A DNA stretch of 64,000 nt from an uncultured Gemmatimonadales bacterium (GCA_963795085.1 CAWCFX010000006.1:224001-288000); one strand, 5' to 3'. Positions 40,952-51,447 are shown, counted from the first letter of the stretch. The notes: generated by a model from the letters alone, not told the origin. Program-made: numbers and translations.

Positions 40952-41785
40952 ATGAAGCGGCTCACTCTACTCCTGGTCCTGGCCCTGATGCCGCTGCCCC
41001 GCATTCTGTCGGCGCAGGGAGTGCTGGTCGCCCCCCATTACCTGATCATGGATCACCGGACCCGCAGTGGATCGGTCACCGTGTATAACCCGGGAGACGA
41101 GCCGGTGGAGGTGACCATCGGTACCATGTTCGGGTATCCGGGCACCGATTCTACGGGCGAGTTCACCCTGCTCACGCCGGAACCGGATTCGACCCTGCCC
41201 AGCGCCACGGCCTGGGTTGATGCCTTCCCCCGCCGGCTGACGCTCGGTCCCCGGGACCGGCAGACCGTCCGGCTGCTGGGGCGGCCGCCGGCGGGCCTCC
41301 GGGACGGGGAGTACTGGACTCGGCTGGTGGTCACCGCCAGGGGTGGCACCGTGCCGGTGGCCGGGGTGAGCGACACCGCCGGGATCAAGGTCGGCCTGAC
41401 CCTCGAGGTACGCACCATCCTCCCCGTGTTCTACCGAAAGGGAGCCCTGGAAACCGGGGTGACCATGTCCAACCTGCGCACCGCCATCAGCGGCGATTCC
41501 CTGGAGATCCGGACCCGAATGGAGCGCCGGGGCAGCGGCGCCTTCATCGGCACGCTGCGGGGCTCCCTGGTGGACTCGACGGGGGCCGTCGCCTCGAGCT
41601 TTGCGTCGCCGGTGGCCGTGTATTTCGACATTGACCCCCGCTTCACCACGCCGCTTCCCCGGCCCCGGAAACCGGGACGCTACCGACTCCGGCTCGAGCT
41701 GGCCAGCGAACGGCAGGATCTCCTGCCGGATTTCCTGCTGCAGACGTCCCCGGTCCACGATTCCATCGAGGTCCTGTTGCCATGA
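40952..41785 (+). CDS. PapD-like periplasmic pilus chaperone
   Basis: Signal peptide, VLVAP, VTVYN, PRRLTLGP..RQTVRL, GEYW, LPVFYR. Confidence 0.75.
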   Translation: MKRLTLLLVLALMPLPRILSAQGVLVAPHYLIMDHRTRSGSVTVYNPGDEPVEVTIGTMFGYPGTDSTGEFTLLTPEPDSTLPSATAWVDAFPRRLTLGPRDRQTVRLLGRPPAGLRDGEYWTRLVVTARGGTVPVAGVSDTAGIKVGLTLEVRTILPVFYRKGALETGVTMSNLRTAISGDSLEIRTRMERRGSGAFIGTLRGSLVDSTGAVASSFASPVAVYFDIDPRFTTPLPRPRKPGRYRLRLELASERQDLLPDFLLQTSPVHDSIEVLLP

Positions 41786-44349
41786 ACCGGCGCCGGCTCC
41801 TCCCCCTGGCAGTCGCGGCCCTGCTGGCCGCGGCGGCGGGAAGCGTGCAGGCGCAGGCAGGCGGCGAGCCCATCCTGGTGGAACTGCAGCTGGGCCGGCT
41901 GGCCGGACGCACGGTGGGGGCCCTCCGTTCGGACAGCACGATGCTCCTCCCCCTGGGCCAGTTCTACGACCTGGCCGAAGTCCGCCATTCCCTCCTGGGA
42001 GCCGAGGCGGTGGAAGCACGGCTCCACCCGGGCGACGTCCGTCTGGTGGTGGACAGCCGGCGCGACACCATCACCATTGGACGGCGGGAGGTGCCGGTGC
42101 CGGCGGGCAGCATCCAGGCCAGAGGCGGCGAGGTATTCCTCAGCACGGGCGTCCTGAGCCAGTTGCTGGGTATCCGCTTTATCATCGACTGGTCCGACCT
42201 CAATGTGGCGGTCGCGGATCCGGACCGGCTCCCGCTGGGCCGGCGAGTGGCCCGGGAAGCGGCGCGGTCCTCGCTTTCCGCCATGGAGAGCGGCGTCCGT
42301 CCCGAACTCGCGCTCACCCTCGATCGCCGCCATTGGAACGGCCTGGTCTTCGACTATTCCGTTCTTTCCCCGGCCGAAGACGCGATCAGCGGAGGTTCGT
42401 TCGCCACCGCCCTGGGCATGGACCTGCTGGGAGGGAGCCTGGAGACCGGCCTGGCCACGACCGGCACCATCGGCGAGGGCGATGTCCGCGCCGACATTTC
42501 CTGGACGGGCGTCTGGCGGCAGCGGTCATGGATCCGGCAGCTCCGGGTGGGCGACGGGCTCGCCACCGGGCCGCGACCCCGGAGCGTGCGGGGCTTTGCA
42601 CTCTCCAACGCGCCATTCCTCCGCCCCGCCCTGCTGGGCGAGCTGCCCTACGCGGGCCAGCTGGGGCCGGGCTGGGAAATTGAAGCCTATCGGGGCGGGC
42701 GGCTGGTGGCCTTCGACTCGGTCAACGCGCTGGGCCAGTTCTCCATGGACGTGCCGGTTCAGTATGGTGAAAACCCGGTGGATTTCATTGCCTACGGCCC
42801 CTTCGGCGAGGTCCGCGAGTTCAACCAGACATATCGGATCGTCGGCAACGTGCTCCCCCGCCGCCAATTCGAATACGGCGTGGCGGCGGGCCAGTGCCGC
42901 ACCGCCGATTGCCAGGCCAACGCCAACGTCGACCTGCGCTACGGGATTTCCCGCCGGTGGACGATCCAGGCTGGCGTGGACCAGTTCTGGCGCGACAGCC
43001 AGCCCGATCTCTTTCATCCCTACTTCGCCCTGTCAGGAAACCTGGGCAACGCCTGGGCGGCGCAGGTGGAAGGCGTCGGCGGGGCGGTGCTGCGCACCGG
43101 CCTCAGCTACGAACCTTCGACCGATATTCACCTGGCAGCCGAGTTTACCGGCTATGACGCCAGCACGGTGGACCCGATCCTGACGCCGGCCGGGCGGCTG
43201 CGGCAGTGGACCGCGGGCGCCTTTCTGCGGCCTCTCCCCCGGGTCAACTACCTCTACGTGGACGGCAGCTTCGACCACGTCGTCTCGGAGTCGGGCACTT
43301 CGAGCGGAGCCCGGACGGTCGTCTCGTTCCAGGCCCGCGAGATCCGGTTCCTGCCGTCGATTCGAGTCCAGCACGAAATCATGCGCGGGGCCGGCACTCG
43401 CACCCGCTCGTTCGTCGGCCTCAACACGTTCATTCTGCCCCGCGCCAACCTGGGAGATTTCCTGAGCACGGTTACGGCCCGGACCGCGTTCGAGGCTGAA
43501 GGCTCGGGTCGCGCCGTCTCCGCGTCTGCCTTCCTGGCCCGGCCGGTGGGTGAAAACTTCCGGATGGAAACCGGGCTGGCCTGGAACCGGGGGTTGGGCA
43601 CCACGTTCTCGCTGGTGGTCTCGACCACCATGCGAAAGGTGCGGGCCTTCTCCACTCTCTCCAGCGGCCCGGCGGGTACCGACGCCGTCAATTTCGTCCA
43701 GGGCTCGGTCCTCTACACGCCCAGCCGGCGGGAGATGGCGCTGTCCGCCGGGCCCTCGGTCCAGCGTGCGGGCGTCGCCGGCCGGGTGTTCCTGGACGCC
43801 GACGGCGATGGTCAGCGGGACCCCGGCGAAGAGCTGATTCCCGACGCCCGGGTGCGGATCGGCAATCTCTCCTCACTCAGCGACTCGCTGGGCCAGTACC
43901 GGGTCTGGGATCTCATCCCCTTCGAGCCGGTGCTGGTCGTGCTGGACTCGGTTTCGCTGCCCTCGCCACTCTGGGTACCGGCCTACAGCGCCATCAGCGT
44001 GGAACCGGGCCCCAACCAGTTCCGCGCGCTCGACATTCCCGTGGTTCCCGCCGGGGTCATCGAGGGCCGGGTCGCCCGCCAGACAACCGACGGCCTGCTC
44101 GGCGTCGGTGGCGTCACGTTGTTCATCACCGACACCAGGACCGGACAGCGCCGTTCCACCGTCACCTTCAGCGATGGCGAGTTCTACCTCATGGGTGTCA
44201 AGCCGGGCCGGTACGATATTGCCGTCGCCGAGGCGGTCACCCGCCGGCTCCGGGTATCCGCGCAGCCGGTTTCGTTTACCATGATGCCGTCCCGCGACGG
44301 GCTGACCGTTGGCAACCTGGATGTCCTGCTGGTTCCCGAATTGCCATAG
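41782..44349 (+). CDS. Divergent outer-membrane usher-like protein with C-terminal SdrD-B / carboxypeptidase-regulatory-like domains
   Basis: LRVGD, RGFALSNAP, WEIEAYRGG, DVPVQYGEN..AYGPFGE; amphipathic strands; GRVFLDADGDGQRDPGE. Confidence 0.7.
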   Translation: MNRRRLLPLAVAALLAAAAGSVQAQAGGEPILVELQLGRLAGRTVGALRSDSTMLLPLGQFYDLAEVRHSLLGAEAVEARLHPGDVRLVVDSRRDTITIGRREVPVPAGSIQARGGEVFLSTGVLSQLLGIRFIIDWSDLNVAVADPDRLPLGRRVAREAARSSLSAMESGVRPELALTLDRRHWNGLVFDYSVLSPAEDAISGGSFATALGMDLLGGSLETGLATTGTIGEGDVRADISWTGVWRQRSWIRQLRVGDGLATGPRPRSVRGFALSNAPFLRPALLGELPYAGQLGPGWEIEAYRGGRLVAFDSVNALGQFSMDVPVQYGENPVDFIAYGPFGEVREFNQTYRIVGNVLPRRQFEYGVAAGQCRTADCQANANVDLRYGISRRWTIQAGVDQFWRDSQPDLFHPYFALSGNLGNAWAAQVEGVGGAVLRTGLSYEPSTDIHLAAEFTGYDASTVDPILTPAGRLRQWTAGAFLRPLPRVNYLYVDGSFDHVVSESGTSSGARTVVSFQAREIRFLPSIRVQHEIMRGAGTRTRSFVGLNTFILPRANLGDFLSTVTARTAFEAEGSGRAVSASAFLARPVGENFRMETGLAWNRGLGTTFSLVVSTTMRKVRAFSTLSSGPAGTDAVNFVQGSVLYTPSRREMALSAGPSVQRAGVAGRVFLDADGDGQRDPGEELIPDARVRIGNLSSLSDSLGQYRVWDLIPFEPVLVVLDSVSLPSPLWVPAYSAISVEPGPNQFRALDIPVVPAGVIEGRVARQTTDGLLGVGGVTLFITDTRTGQRRSTVTFSDGEFYLMGVKPGRYDIAVAEAVTRRLRVSAQPVSFTMMPSRDGLTVGNLDVLLVPELP

Positions 44350-44498
44350 TCCCCGTCACCAGCGCATGAAGATAAGTGTGCCCCGCGAAGCCCCCTTGTA
44401 CCGGGCCTGGCTCTTTCGGCATATTCACCCTGTCCTCCCCCTGTTGATCTCCCGGGGGAACGGGCCGCCACCGTCAACCGGCCGCGTGGGGTTCACAA

Positions 44499-45875
44499 AT
44501 GCCTGACCATCCCGCCAGGATGCCCAGCAGTTTTCCCGGTCCGCTGCTGGCTGCCATCGCGGCCCTGTCCTGTGTGCCCGCCCCGCCGCCATCCCACCCG
44601 CCGCCAGGCGCCGACCTTCACGCTCTGGTGGCGGCCGTCTCGGCTGGCCGCCTCGAGAGCGACCTCCGGCGCCTGGTTGCATTCGGCACCCGGCACACCC
44701 TGTCGGACACGCTTTCGCCACATCGGGGGATTGGCGCCGCCCGCCGCTGGGTCAAGGCCCAGTTCGACAGCATCTCCGGATCCTGTGGCGGCTGTCTTTC
44801 GGTGCGCTACCAGGAGCGGCTGGTCCCGGGTGAACCGGGGACCCGGATCCCGGGGAACGTGATGATCGTCAATGTCCTGGCGACACTGCGGGGCGCCGAC
44901 CATCCGGAGCGGCACATTCTGATGACCGCGCATCTCGACAGCCGGGCCAGTGACCCGATGGACAGCACCAGCGATGCCCCCGGTGCCGCCGACGATGGCA
45001 GCGGCGTGGTGGCGGTCCTGGAGGCGGCGCGGCTGCTGGCTCGCCCCGGCGGATGGGGAAAATCGCTGGTCTTCGGAGTGCTGTCCGGCGAGGAACAAGG
45101 CTTGTATGGCGGCACCCAACTCGCCGCGATGGCCGCCGATTCCGGTTGGATCATCGAGGGAGTGCTCAACAACGACATCATCGGCCACCGGGCCGGTATG
45201 GCCGGGGAAGCGAACGACCGCGAGTTCCGGGTCTTTTCCGAGCCGGTCCCGGCCAATGAGCCCGATTCCCTGCGGTGGGTACGCCGGTTTACCGGGGGCG
45301 AGGTCGATGGCAACTCCCGGCAGCTGGCGCGATACGTGGAGCGACTAACCCGCCGCTACCTCCCGGAAACCCGCGCGGTGATGATCTACCGGCTTGACCG
45401 ATTCGGCCGGGGGGGCGACCACCGGCCGTTCAACGATCTCGGTTTCCCGGCGGTCCGCTTGACCGCCATGCACGAGGACTACCACCGGCAGCACCAGGAT
45501 GTGCGCACCGAAAATGGCATCGCCTACGGCGACGTGATCGGCGAAGTGAGCTTCGCCTACATCGCAAGGGTCACCGGGGCCAACGTCGCGACACTGGCCG
45601 CGCTCGCCTCCGCCCCCCCGCCGCCGGCCGAGGTTCGCCTCCAAGGCGCCGTCACGCCGCACACGGTTTTGCGCTGGAGCCGGATCCCGTCGCCCCGGCT
45701 GGTGGGCTATCGCCTCTACTGGCGGGAAACGACCGAGCCCCAATGGCGCTACTCGGTGGACGCGGGGGACGTGGAGACCTTTGCGCTCGAAAACGTCAGC
45801 ATTGACAACTACCTGTTCGGAGTAGCCGCGCGGGGAGCCGACGGGCGCGAAAGCGTAATCATCTTCGCCCGCTAG
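44499..45875 (+). CDS. M28 family metallopeptidase, probable lipoprotein (start may be 44520)
   Basis: AHLDS, APGAADDGSG, SGEEQGLYG, NNDIIG, GDH.PF, QH. Confidence 0.88.
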   Translation: MPDHPARMPSSFPGPLLAAIAALSCVPAPPPSHPPPGADLHALVAAVSAGRLESDLRRLVAFGTRHTLSDTLSPHRGIGAARRWVKAQFDSISGSCGGCLSVRYQERLVPGEPGTRIPGNVMIVNVLATLRGADHPERHILMTAHLDSRASDPMDSTSDAPGAADDGSGVVAVLEAARLLARPGGWGKSLVFGVLSGEEQGLYGGTQLAAMAADSGWIIEGVLNNDIIGHRAGMAGEANDREFRVFSEPVPANEPDSLRWVRRFTGGEVDGNSRQLARYVERLTRRYLPETRAVMIYRLDRFGRGGDHRPFNDLGFPAVRLTAMHEDYHRQHQDVRTENGIAYGDVIGEVSFAYIARVTGANVATLAALASAPPPPAEVRLQGAVTPHTVLRWSRIPSPRLVGYRLYWRETTEPQWRYSVDAGDVETFALENVSIDNYLFGVAARGADGRESVIIFAR

Positions 45876-45957
45876 ACGCGGAGATGCGGGTGACTCCAGT
45901 CACCGTAAGGCAACGGCGTTTTCAGCAACTTGCGGTACCTCAGCACTGGAGCGACCC

Positions 45958-46272
45958 GTGACGGCCGACGACCTTCCCCCCCTGATCCGGATCCGCCTCC
46001 ACCCCCGGCCGCTCTGGGCCCGGGTGCTCCTGGTCCTCGGCGCCATCCTGTGCTTCGCGGCCGGCATCCTGGGCTGGCTGATCCCGGTGGTGACCGGGAT
46101 TCCTTTCTACCTTGCCGGGATCGTGCTGCTTGGCATGGTCGACCCGGCCGTGGTGCGCTGGGCCAACCGCACCGAGGCGAAGCTGTCGCCCAAGTGGCGG
46201 AAGCGGCTCCGCCGCGGCCTCCGGCGGGTTCCGATCCGGAAGGTCCGCGAGAACATCCAGCCCGGGGCCTGA
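45958..46272 (+). CDS. Small membrane protein
   Basis: Hydrophobic hairpin GILGWLIPVVTGIPFYLAGIVLLG with basic tail; GGAG RBS. Confidence 0.6.
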   Translation: MTADDLPPLIRIRLHPRPLWARVLLVLGAILCFAAGILGWLIPVVTGIPFYLAGIVLLGMVDPAVVRWANRTEAKLSPKWRKRLRRGLRRVPIRKVRENIQPGA

Positions 46273-46296
46273 GGCGGCGGTGTTTCTCTGTGCAGA

Positions 46297-47481
46297 GTGG
46301 ACCCGGCTGTTCGTCTCCCTGCTCGGAACTGCCGGCTCGCCGGGACCAGCACACTTCTTCCAGAGATCACTATTCTCACCAGGCTGACCTCCGCCATCCT
46401 CCTGATCGCCTCCGCCGGCTGTGAGCACGGAGCGCCATTCCAGTCCCAGCCGGTGACGCCGGGCGAGCCTTTCAGTTTGGCCTTCCCCCGGCGGCTGACC
46501 TGGAACCTGGGCGATGACCGGACACCGTCCTGGCTCCCGGACGGCACTGCCATCGTGTATTCCTCGGAACGGGAGGACCGACCCGACCACGATCGCTGCC
46601 TGGCCCTGCTCCCTCCCGGGGGAGGCACTCTGCGGGGACGTTTCTGCCCCACCGATCCGGTCCAGTCGGACTCGACCAACCTGTTCCAGTCACCCGCGGT
46701 TTCCGCCGGTGGCCGCTGGTTCTATCACCAGGTCGTGTCCTGGATCGGCCAGCAGAAGCTGGGCGAGGCGACCCTCCGGCTGGCGCCCGCGTCCAACCCG
46801 CTCGACGGCGCCTTGGTCGCCCGCCTGCCCTACACCGCATCCAATGGTCGCATCCATTCCAGCATCCGTTCCCCGGCCTGGCTGGACCCGAACACCGTGG
46901 TGTACCTGGGCGAACTGCTGTTCTACCAGGGATCCTCCTTCTTCCCGGATACCTTCGTGACCGGCCTGGATATCGTCCGGCTGGATCTCTCGGCTTCGGC
47001 ACCTTCGCCCATGGTGGTCCCGGGCACCGAGTACGCTTCGTCGGTGGCGGTCAGCGGCGAGGCTGCGACCATTTACTACACGCTGGGCGGTGACTCCCGG
47101 GTGTACCGGCGGCATCTCGTCACGGGAGCGGTGGACACGGTGTATGATTTCGGGGCCGGAACCATCGCCCGGGACGTGACCATTTCGGGCACCCGCCTGG
47201 CGGCGGTTGTGGATGGCAGCGTTCTCTACCAATTTGAGGCGGCCCACCAGGCGTGGGTCCAGCGGGATGAGGGTGGCGATCTCCACCTCGTGGATCTCGC
47301 CACGTCCGCGCACTCCGTGTTCGCTACCGACTCCGTTCTTTTCCGCCACCCGGTCTTCTCGCCCGATGGGCGCCGCCTGGTGGCCGAGGTTTCGCCGTAC
47401 GCGCCGGTCCATGTGGGGCCCGATTCCGAGTTCAACGCCACCAACCACAGGGGAGACCTTTGGCTCTTCGATATGCCGTAG
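46297..47481 (+). CDS. TolB-like beta-propeller lipoprotein A (start uncertain, probably further downstream)
   Basis: Lipobox SAGC, PD40-like RRLTWNLGDDRTPSWLPDG, PVFSPDG. Confidence 0.7.
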   Translation: MDPAVRLPARNCRLAGTSTLLPEITILTRLTSAILLIASAGCEHGAPFQSQPVTPGEPFSLAFPRRLTWNLGDDRTPSWLPDGTAIVYSSEREDRPDHDRCLALLPPGGGTLRGRFCPTDPVQSDSTNLFQSPAVSAGGRWFYHQVVSWIGQQKLGEATLRLAPASNPLDGALVARLPYTASNGRIHSSIRSPAWLDPNTVVYLGELLFYQGSSFFPDTFVTGLDIVRLDLSASAPSPMVVPGTEYASSVAVSGEAATIYYTLGGDSRVYRRHLVTGAVDTVYDFGAGTIARDVTISGTRLAAVVDGSVLYQFEAAHQAWVQRDEGGDLHLVDLATSAHSVFATDSVLFRHPVFSPDGRRLVAEVSPYAPVHVGPDSEFNATNHRGDLWLFDMP

Positions 47482-48572
47482 CGCTGCTGGCCCTCGCGGG
47501 GTGCGCGCACGAGCAGCCCTTCGCCGGGCGGGACTATCGCGCCGACACGACCCGGACCCGCGGCCCCGACCGCCAACTGACCTACAACCTCGGCACTGAC
47601 CTGACTCCGGCCTGGCGGCCCGGGGGGGAAGCCCTCTGGTACATGTTCGATGATCTGAGCCGGCCGGTTCGGGATCGGTGCCTCGGAGAGTTACCCCCAG
47701 GCGGCGGGAACCTGAGGAACATTCAATGCGCCACCAGTCTGGGTTCCGCGGACTCGGTGGACACCTATTACGAACCGGCTATCGGCCCGAACGGACGATT
47801 CCTCTTTCTCCGGGAGTCCTCCTCTACCGTCCTCGTGAGCCCCAACACGTCCGCACTGATGCTGGCGCCCGACAGCGATCTCAGCCGGGGCGTGCCCGTC
47901 CGGACTTATCCATATACCGCGCCATCGGGCAACATCCACGGCGGGATCGCCTACATCCGCTGGCTGAATGAAGACCGGGCGATTTATCTGGGGCAGAAGG
48001 TCCAATATGTTGCGCCCTGCCGCGGGTGCGAAATCGACACCCTCCGCACGGGCCTGGAAGTCATGCTGCTCGACCTGTCCGGAGGCGTCCCCGCCATCGA
48101 CGTGGTCCCCAACTCATCGGAAACCTCATCGCTCGCGGTGGGACTCGATCCCGACCTCATCTACTTCACCCGAAATGGAGACAGCCGGGTGTACCGCCGC
48201 AGCCTGGCCACCGGCAGTATCGAGATCCTTCACGACTTTGGCCCCGGCTCCATCGCCCGCGACGTCGCGGTTCGTGGGACGACACTGTACGCGGTGGCGG
48301 GCGGCCTGGTGTCCTTTTTTTTCGACTCTACGCTCGGCACCGTGCAGCAGGATCATGCCGGCTGGCTGGAGCGCGTCGAACTCACCAATGGAAGCCAGGC
48401 CCGGATCGCGATCGGGAACCGTTGGTTCCGGCGTCCCACCATCTCTCCTGCGGATGGCAGGGTGGTGGCGGAAGCCTATACTTACGCGATCACCAGTTGT
48501 TCACCCCCGATCGGGTGTATGGACACCACGGTCGCCCGCACGGCCGACCTCTGGCTCATTGAGGCCCCATGA
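47460..48572 (+). CDS. TolB-like beta-propeller lipoprotein B, paralogue of A
   Basis: Lipobox LAGC, RQLTYNLGTDLTPAW; shares DRCL, PYTA, GDSRVYRR, IARDV, DLWL. Confidence 0.75.
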   Translation: MALRYAVALLALAGCAHEQPFAGRDYRADTTRTRGPDRQLTYNLGTDLTPAWRPGGEALWYMFDDLSRPVRDRCLGELPPGGGNLRNIQCATSLGSADSVDTYYEPAIGPNGRFLFLRESSSTVLVSPNTSALMLAPDSDLSRGVPVRTYPYTAPSGNIHGGIAYIRWLNEDRAIYLGQKVQYVAPCRGCEIDTLRTGLEVMLLDLSGGVPAIDVVPNSSETSSLAVGLDPDLIYFTRNGDSRVYRRSLATGSIEILHDFGPGSIARDVAVRGTTLYAVAGGLVSFFFDSTLGTVQQDHAGWLERVELTNGSQARIAIGNRWFRRPTISPADGRVVAEAYTYAITSCSPPIGCMDTTVARTADLWLIEAP

Positions 48573-51376
48573 CACCCCAGCACGTTCGCGCGACGCTTGC
48601 CCGATGGGCCCTGGTCCTCTTGCCTCTCGGTCTGTTGCCGTGGTCGCTCGCCGCCCAGACCACGGGAGCCGTGGCGGGCCACGTCCGCGACGCCGCTACC
48701 GGCCAGCCGATTCCGCTTGCGATCGTTGACGTGGACGGGCGGGCGCCCACGGCGACCGCGGATACCTCCGGCGCCTACCGGATCCGCGGGGTACAGGCCG
48801 GCTGGCACCGCCTCAGCGTCCGGTTCATCGGGTATCGGGGGGAGGTCCGGGACAGCGTCCTGGTCCGCACCAGTGCCACTACCATCGTGGACTTCAGGCT
48901 GCAAGCCACGCCCACGCTGCTGGAGCCGCTAGTGATCCGGGCCGTGGACTCCGTCCTCGACCCCTTCGCGACCTCGACCACCCAGCGGATCACCGCCGCC
49001 AACCTCCGCGAGTTGCCGGTCAGTTCCCTGGAGGAAGCCCTGGCCCTCTCGGCCGGCGCCGTCGGCGAGAGTTATCGCGGCGGCCGGCTGGGACAGCAGG
49101 CGTTCATCCTCGACGGACTGGGCGTCAAGAACCAGCTGGACGCTTCCACCGGCCCGCTGGGGCTCCGGCTCCCCCCCGACATCCTGCAGGAGGCGTCGCT
49201 CACCACCAATGCGTTCTCGGCACGCTATGGGCAGGCGCTGTCTGGTCTGATCAACGTGGTGACCAAGGACGGGGGAGAAACGATGCGGGGCCGCGCCGCC
49301 TACGAGAGCGACCGGCCCCTGGGCAATGGCTGGGACCACGGCCTCGACCGGATCCTCCTGCAGGCCGACGGACCCCTCGTCGGCCCAATCGGATTCCTGG
49401 CCGCGTTCGACCTTACCGGCCGGCTGGACGCCGACCCGGTCAACGCCCCGACCTCCGGTCTCGACCTCGATCCCCGGAACGCCAGGCCCTGGCTGCTGCC
49501 CCATAACAGCGGCGAATCCTATGACGTGGCCGGCAAACTGACGATCCCCCTGGGGTCGCGGCAGACGCTGCGATTGCTGGGCCTCCGGTCCATCGAACAG
49601 CGGCTGCTCTACGATCCGGCCTACAAATACGACCAGCAGTTCGCGCCGGGGCGGCGCATCACCGGGACACTGCTGTCCGCCCACCTCCAGAACAACCTCG
49701 CCCTGGGCTCCAGGACGCTCATCGCGGACTTCCGGCTGGGGTATTTCGGTCGGGACTTCATCCGGGGCGCCATCACGGAGGACGCGGACCTCAAGGTGGG
49801 TGGTTTCACCGGGCAGCGGTTCCATTTCATCGGCGAAGACCTGGCCCGGGCCCAGGATACCCTGCAGGCCCAGGGCACCATCGCGGGGTTCATCCCACCC
49901 GAGTTGAGTTCATCGACCCCATGGGGCGTCCCCGCGTTCTTCCTGGGTGCCGCCTCCCGGGGCGACGTGGCCTGGAATCATTTCCGGGAATTGCGTGCCC
50001 AGGCCGACTTTACTTACGGCGCGGGACGCGATCTCGACCTGTATTTCGGGGGCCAGTATGCGAGCCAGCGGGTGGAGACCTTTCAGCGAGTCCTGGGCTA
50101 CCTCCCGGTGGGCGGATCAGTGCCGCCCGCCACAGCTTCCAATTTTTCACCCCACCTCTGGTCAGCGTACATCGAAGCCCAGGCACGGCTCGATGACCTG
50201 GCCTTCACCGCCGGGGTGCGAGGCGAGCATTTCAACGGCGGCTCCGGCCTCACCACCGAACAGGTCGAGGATGGCCGCTTCGGCGCCCGCACCACGCTGA
50301 GCCCCCGGATCGCGGTTTCGACCATCCTGGCGGGCGCCACCCTGGTCGCCAGCTTCGGCAAGTTCAGCCAGCCCCCCGATTTTCAGTACCTGGTGGACGC
50401 CGCGTTTGACGATACGACCCGGACCGGACGATTCCGGCGGGGCAACCCGGACCTCGGATTCGAGCGCGCGACCCAGTTCGAGTTCAGCCTCAGGGTTCGG
50501 CCCACCGGAACCACCTCGCTCAAGCTCGGCGTGTATGGCAAGCGGATTGACGGCATGGTGGCCTCGGTTCCCCTGGGGGTGAATCCCGACTCCACGGTGT
50601 TCGCGCTGACCGATTACGGTTCGGTCCGGGGGCTCGAAGTAACCGCGGAACGAGAGACGCGAGGAGGATGGGGTGCCCGCCTTATCTACACCCTGGCTCG
50701 GGCCACGGCCACCGCGACCGACGCCTACCGGCTCCGGCTGATCAAGATCGACCCGATCAGCGGAGACACCACGTTTCCGGCCCGGGTGGAATTTCCCCTC
50801 GACTACGACCGGCGCCACTCGGTGACCGCCATCCTCACCAGCCGCGTCAACGACCGTGCCGGCCCCCGGATCGCCGGCATTCAGCCGTTTGAAGGACTGG
50901 AGGCCGCGGCCATCGTGCGCTACAACTCCGGTCTTCCCTACAGCCAGACCGATGTCACCGGCGATTCCATCATCGGCCCCCCCAACTCGCGGCGGCTGCC
51001 TTCCACCTCCGGCCTGGACCTGCTGATCCGGAAGCCGATCCGGGCGTTTGGCGTAGGCAGCGGGATCTACCTCGATGTACGGAACCTGCTCAACACCCGG
51101 AACCTGATCGCGGTGCGGCGGGACACCGGCACGCCGGGACAGACCGAATTGGGCATCCAGGCAATGGCCGACACCGCCTACGCAGCGCACCCGGAAGCCA
51201 TCCCGTATGAGAGCCCCCGCTACCGCGCCCACGCCGACCTCGACGGGAACGGCTACGTGGACGGCCCCGATGAGCTGCTGCCCATGTACCTGGCGGCCGC
51301 CCGGGACATTACCCAGCCGTTGTTCGTCTACGGCCAGCCTCGCCTGGTCCGGCTGGGCATTGAGGTGCTGTTCTAG
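48569..51376 (+). CDS. TonB-dependent receptor with N-terminal carboxypeptidase-regulatory-like domain
   Basis: Signal peptide, G.V.D..TG.P, plug motif FSARYGQALSGLINVVTKDG, NLLN, terminal RLGIEVLF. Confidence 0.88.
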   Translation: MTPQHVRATLARWALVLLPLGLLPWSLAAQTTGAVAGHVRDAATGQPIPLAIVDVDGRAPTATADTSGAYRIRGVQAGWHRLSVRFIGYRGEVRDSVLVRTSATTIVDFRLQATPTLLEPLVIRAVDSVLDPFATSTTQRITAANLRELPVSSLEEALALSAGAVGESYRGGRLGQQAFILDGLGVKNQLDASTGPLGLRLPPDILQEASLTTNAFSARYGQALSGLINVVTKDGGETMRGRAAYESDRPLGNGWDHGLDRILLQADGPLVGPIGFLAAFDLTGRLDADPVNAPTSGLDLDPRNARPWLLPHNSGESYDVAGKLTIPLGSRQTLRLLGLRSIEQRLLYDPAYKYDQQFAPGRRITGTLLSAHLQNNLALGSRTLIADFRLGYFGRDFIRGAITEDADLKVGGFTGQRFHFIGEDLARAQDTLQAQGTIAGFIPPELSSSTPWGVPAFFLGAASRGDVAWNHFRELRAQADFTYGAGRDLDLYFGGQYASQRVETFQRVLGYLPVGGSVPPATASNFSPHLWSAYIEAQARLDDLAFTAGVRGEHFNGGSGLTTEQVEDGRFGARTTLSPRIAVSTILAGATLVASFGKFSQPPDFQYLVDAAFDDTTRTGRFRRGNPDLGFERATQFEFSLRVRPTGTTSLKLGVYGKRIDGMVASVPLGVNPDSTVFALTDYGSVRGLEVTAERETRGGWGARLIYTLARATATATDAYRLRLIKIDPISGDTTFPARVEFPLDYDRRHSVTAILTSRVNDRAGPRIAGIQPFEGLEAAAIVRYNSGLPYSQTDVTGDSIIGPPNSRRLPSTSGLDLLIRKPIRAFGVGSGIYLDVRNLLNTRNLIAVRRDTGTPGQTELGIQAMADTAYAAHPEAIPYESPRYRAHADLDGNGYVDGPDELLPMYLAAARDITQPLFVYGQPRLVRLGIEVLF

Positions 51377-51447
51377 CGCTGGTGCCGGAGGCATATGAGC
51401 ATTTAGTTTTGGTGCGCGGGGGGGCCCGGCGGGAAAGCACACAATTC

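Noticed and set aside
30789..44349. Mobile genomic island carrying the pilus locus
   Set aside because: No integrase, transposase, tRNA or flanking direct repeats seen; coding composition looks like the rest of the window
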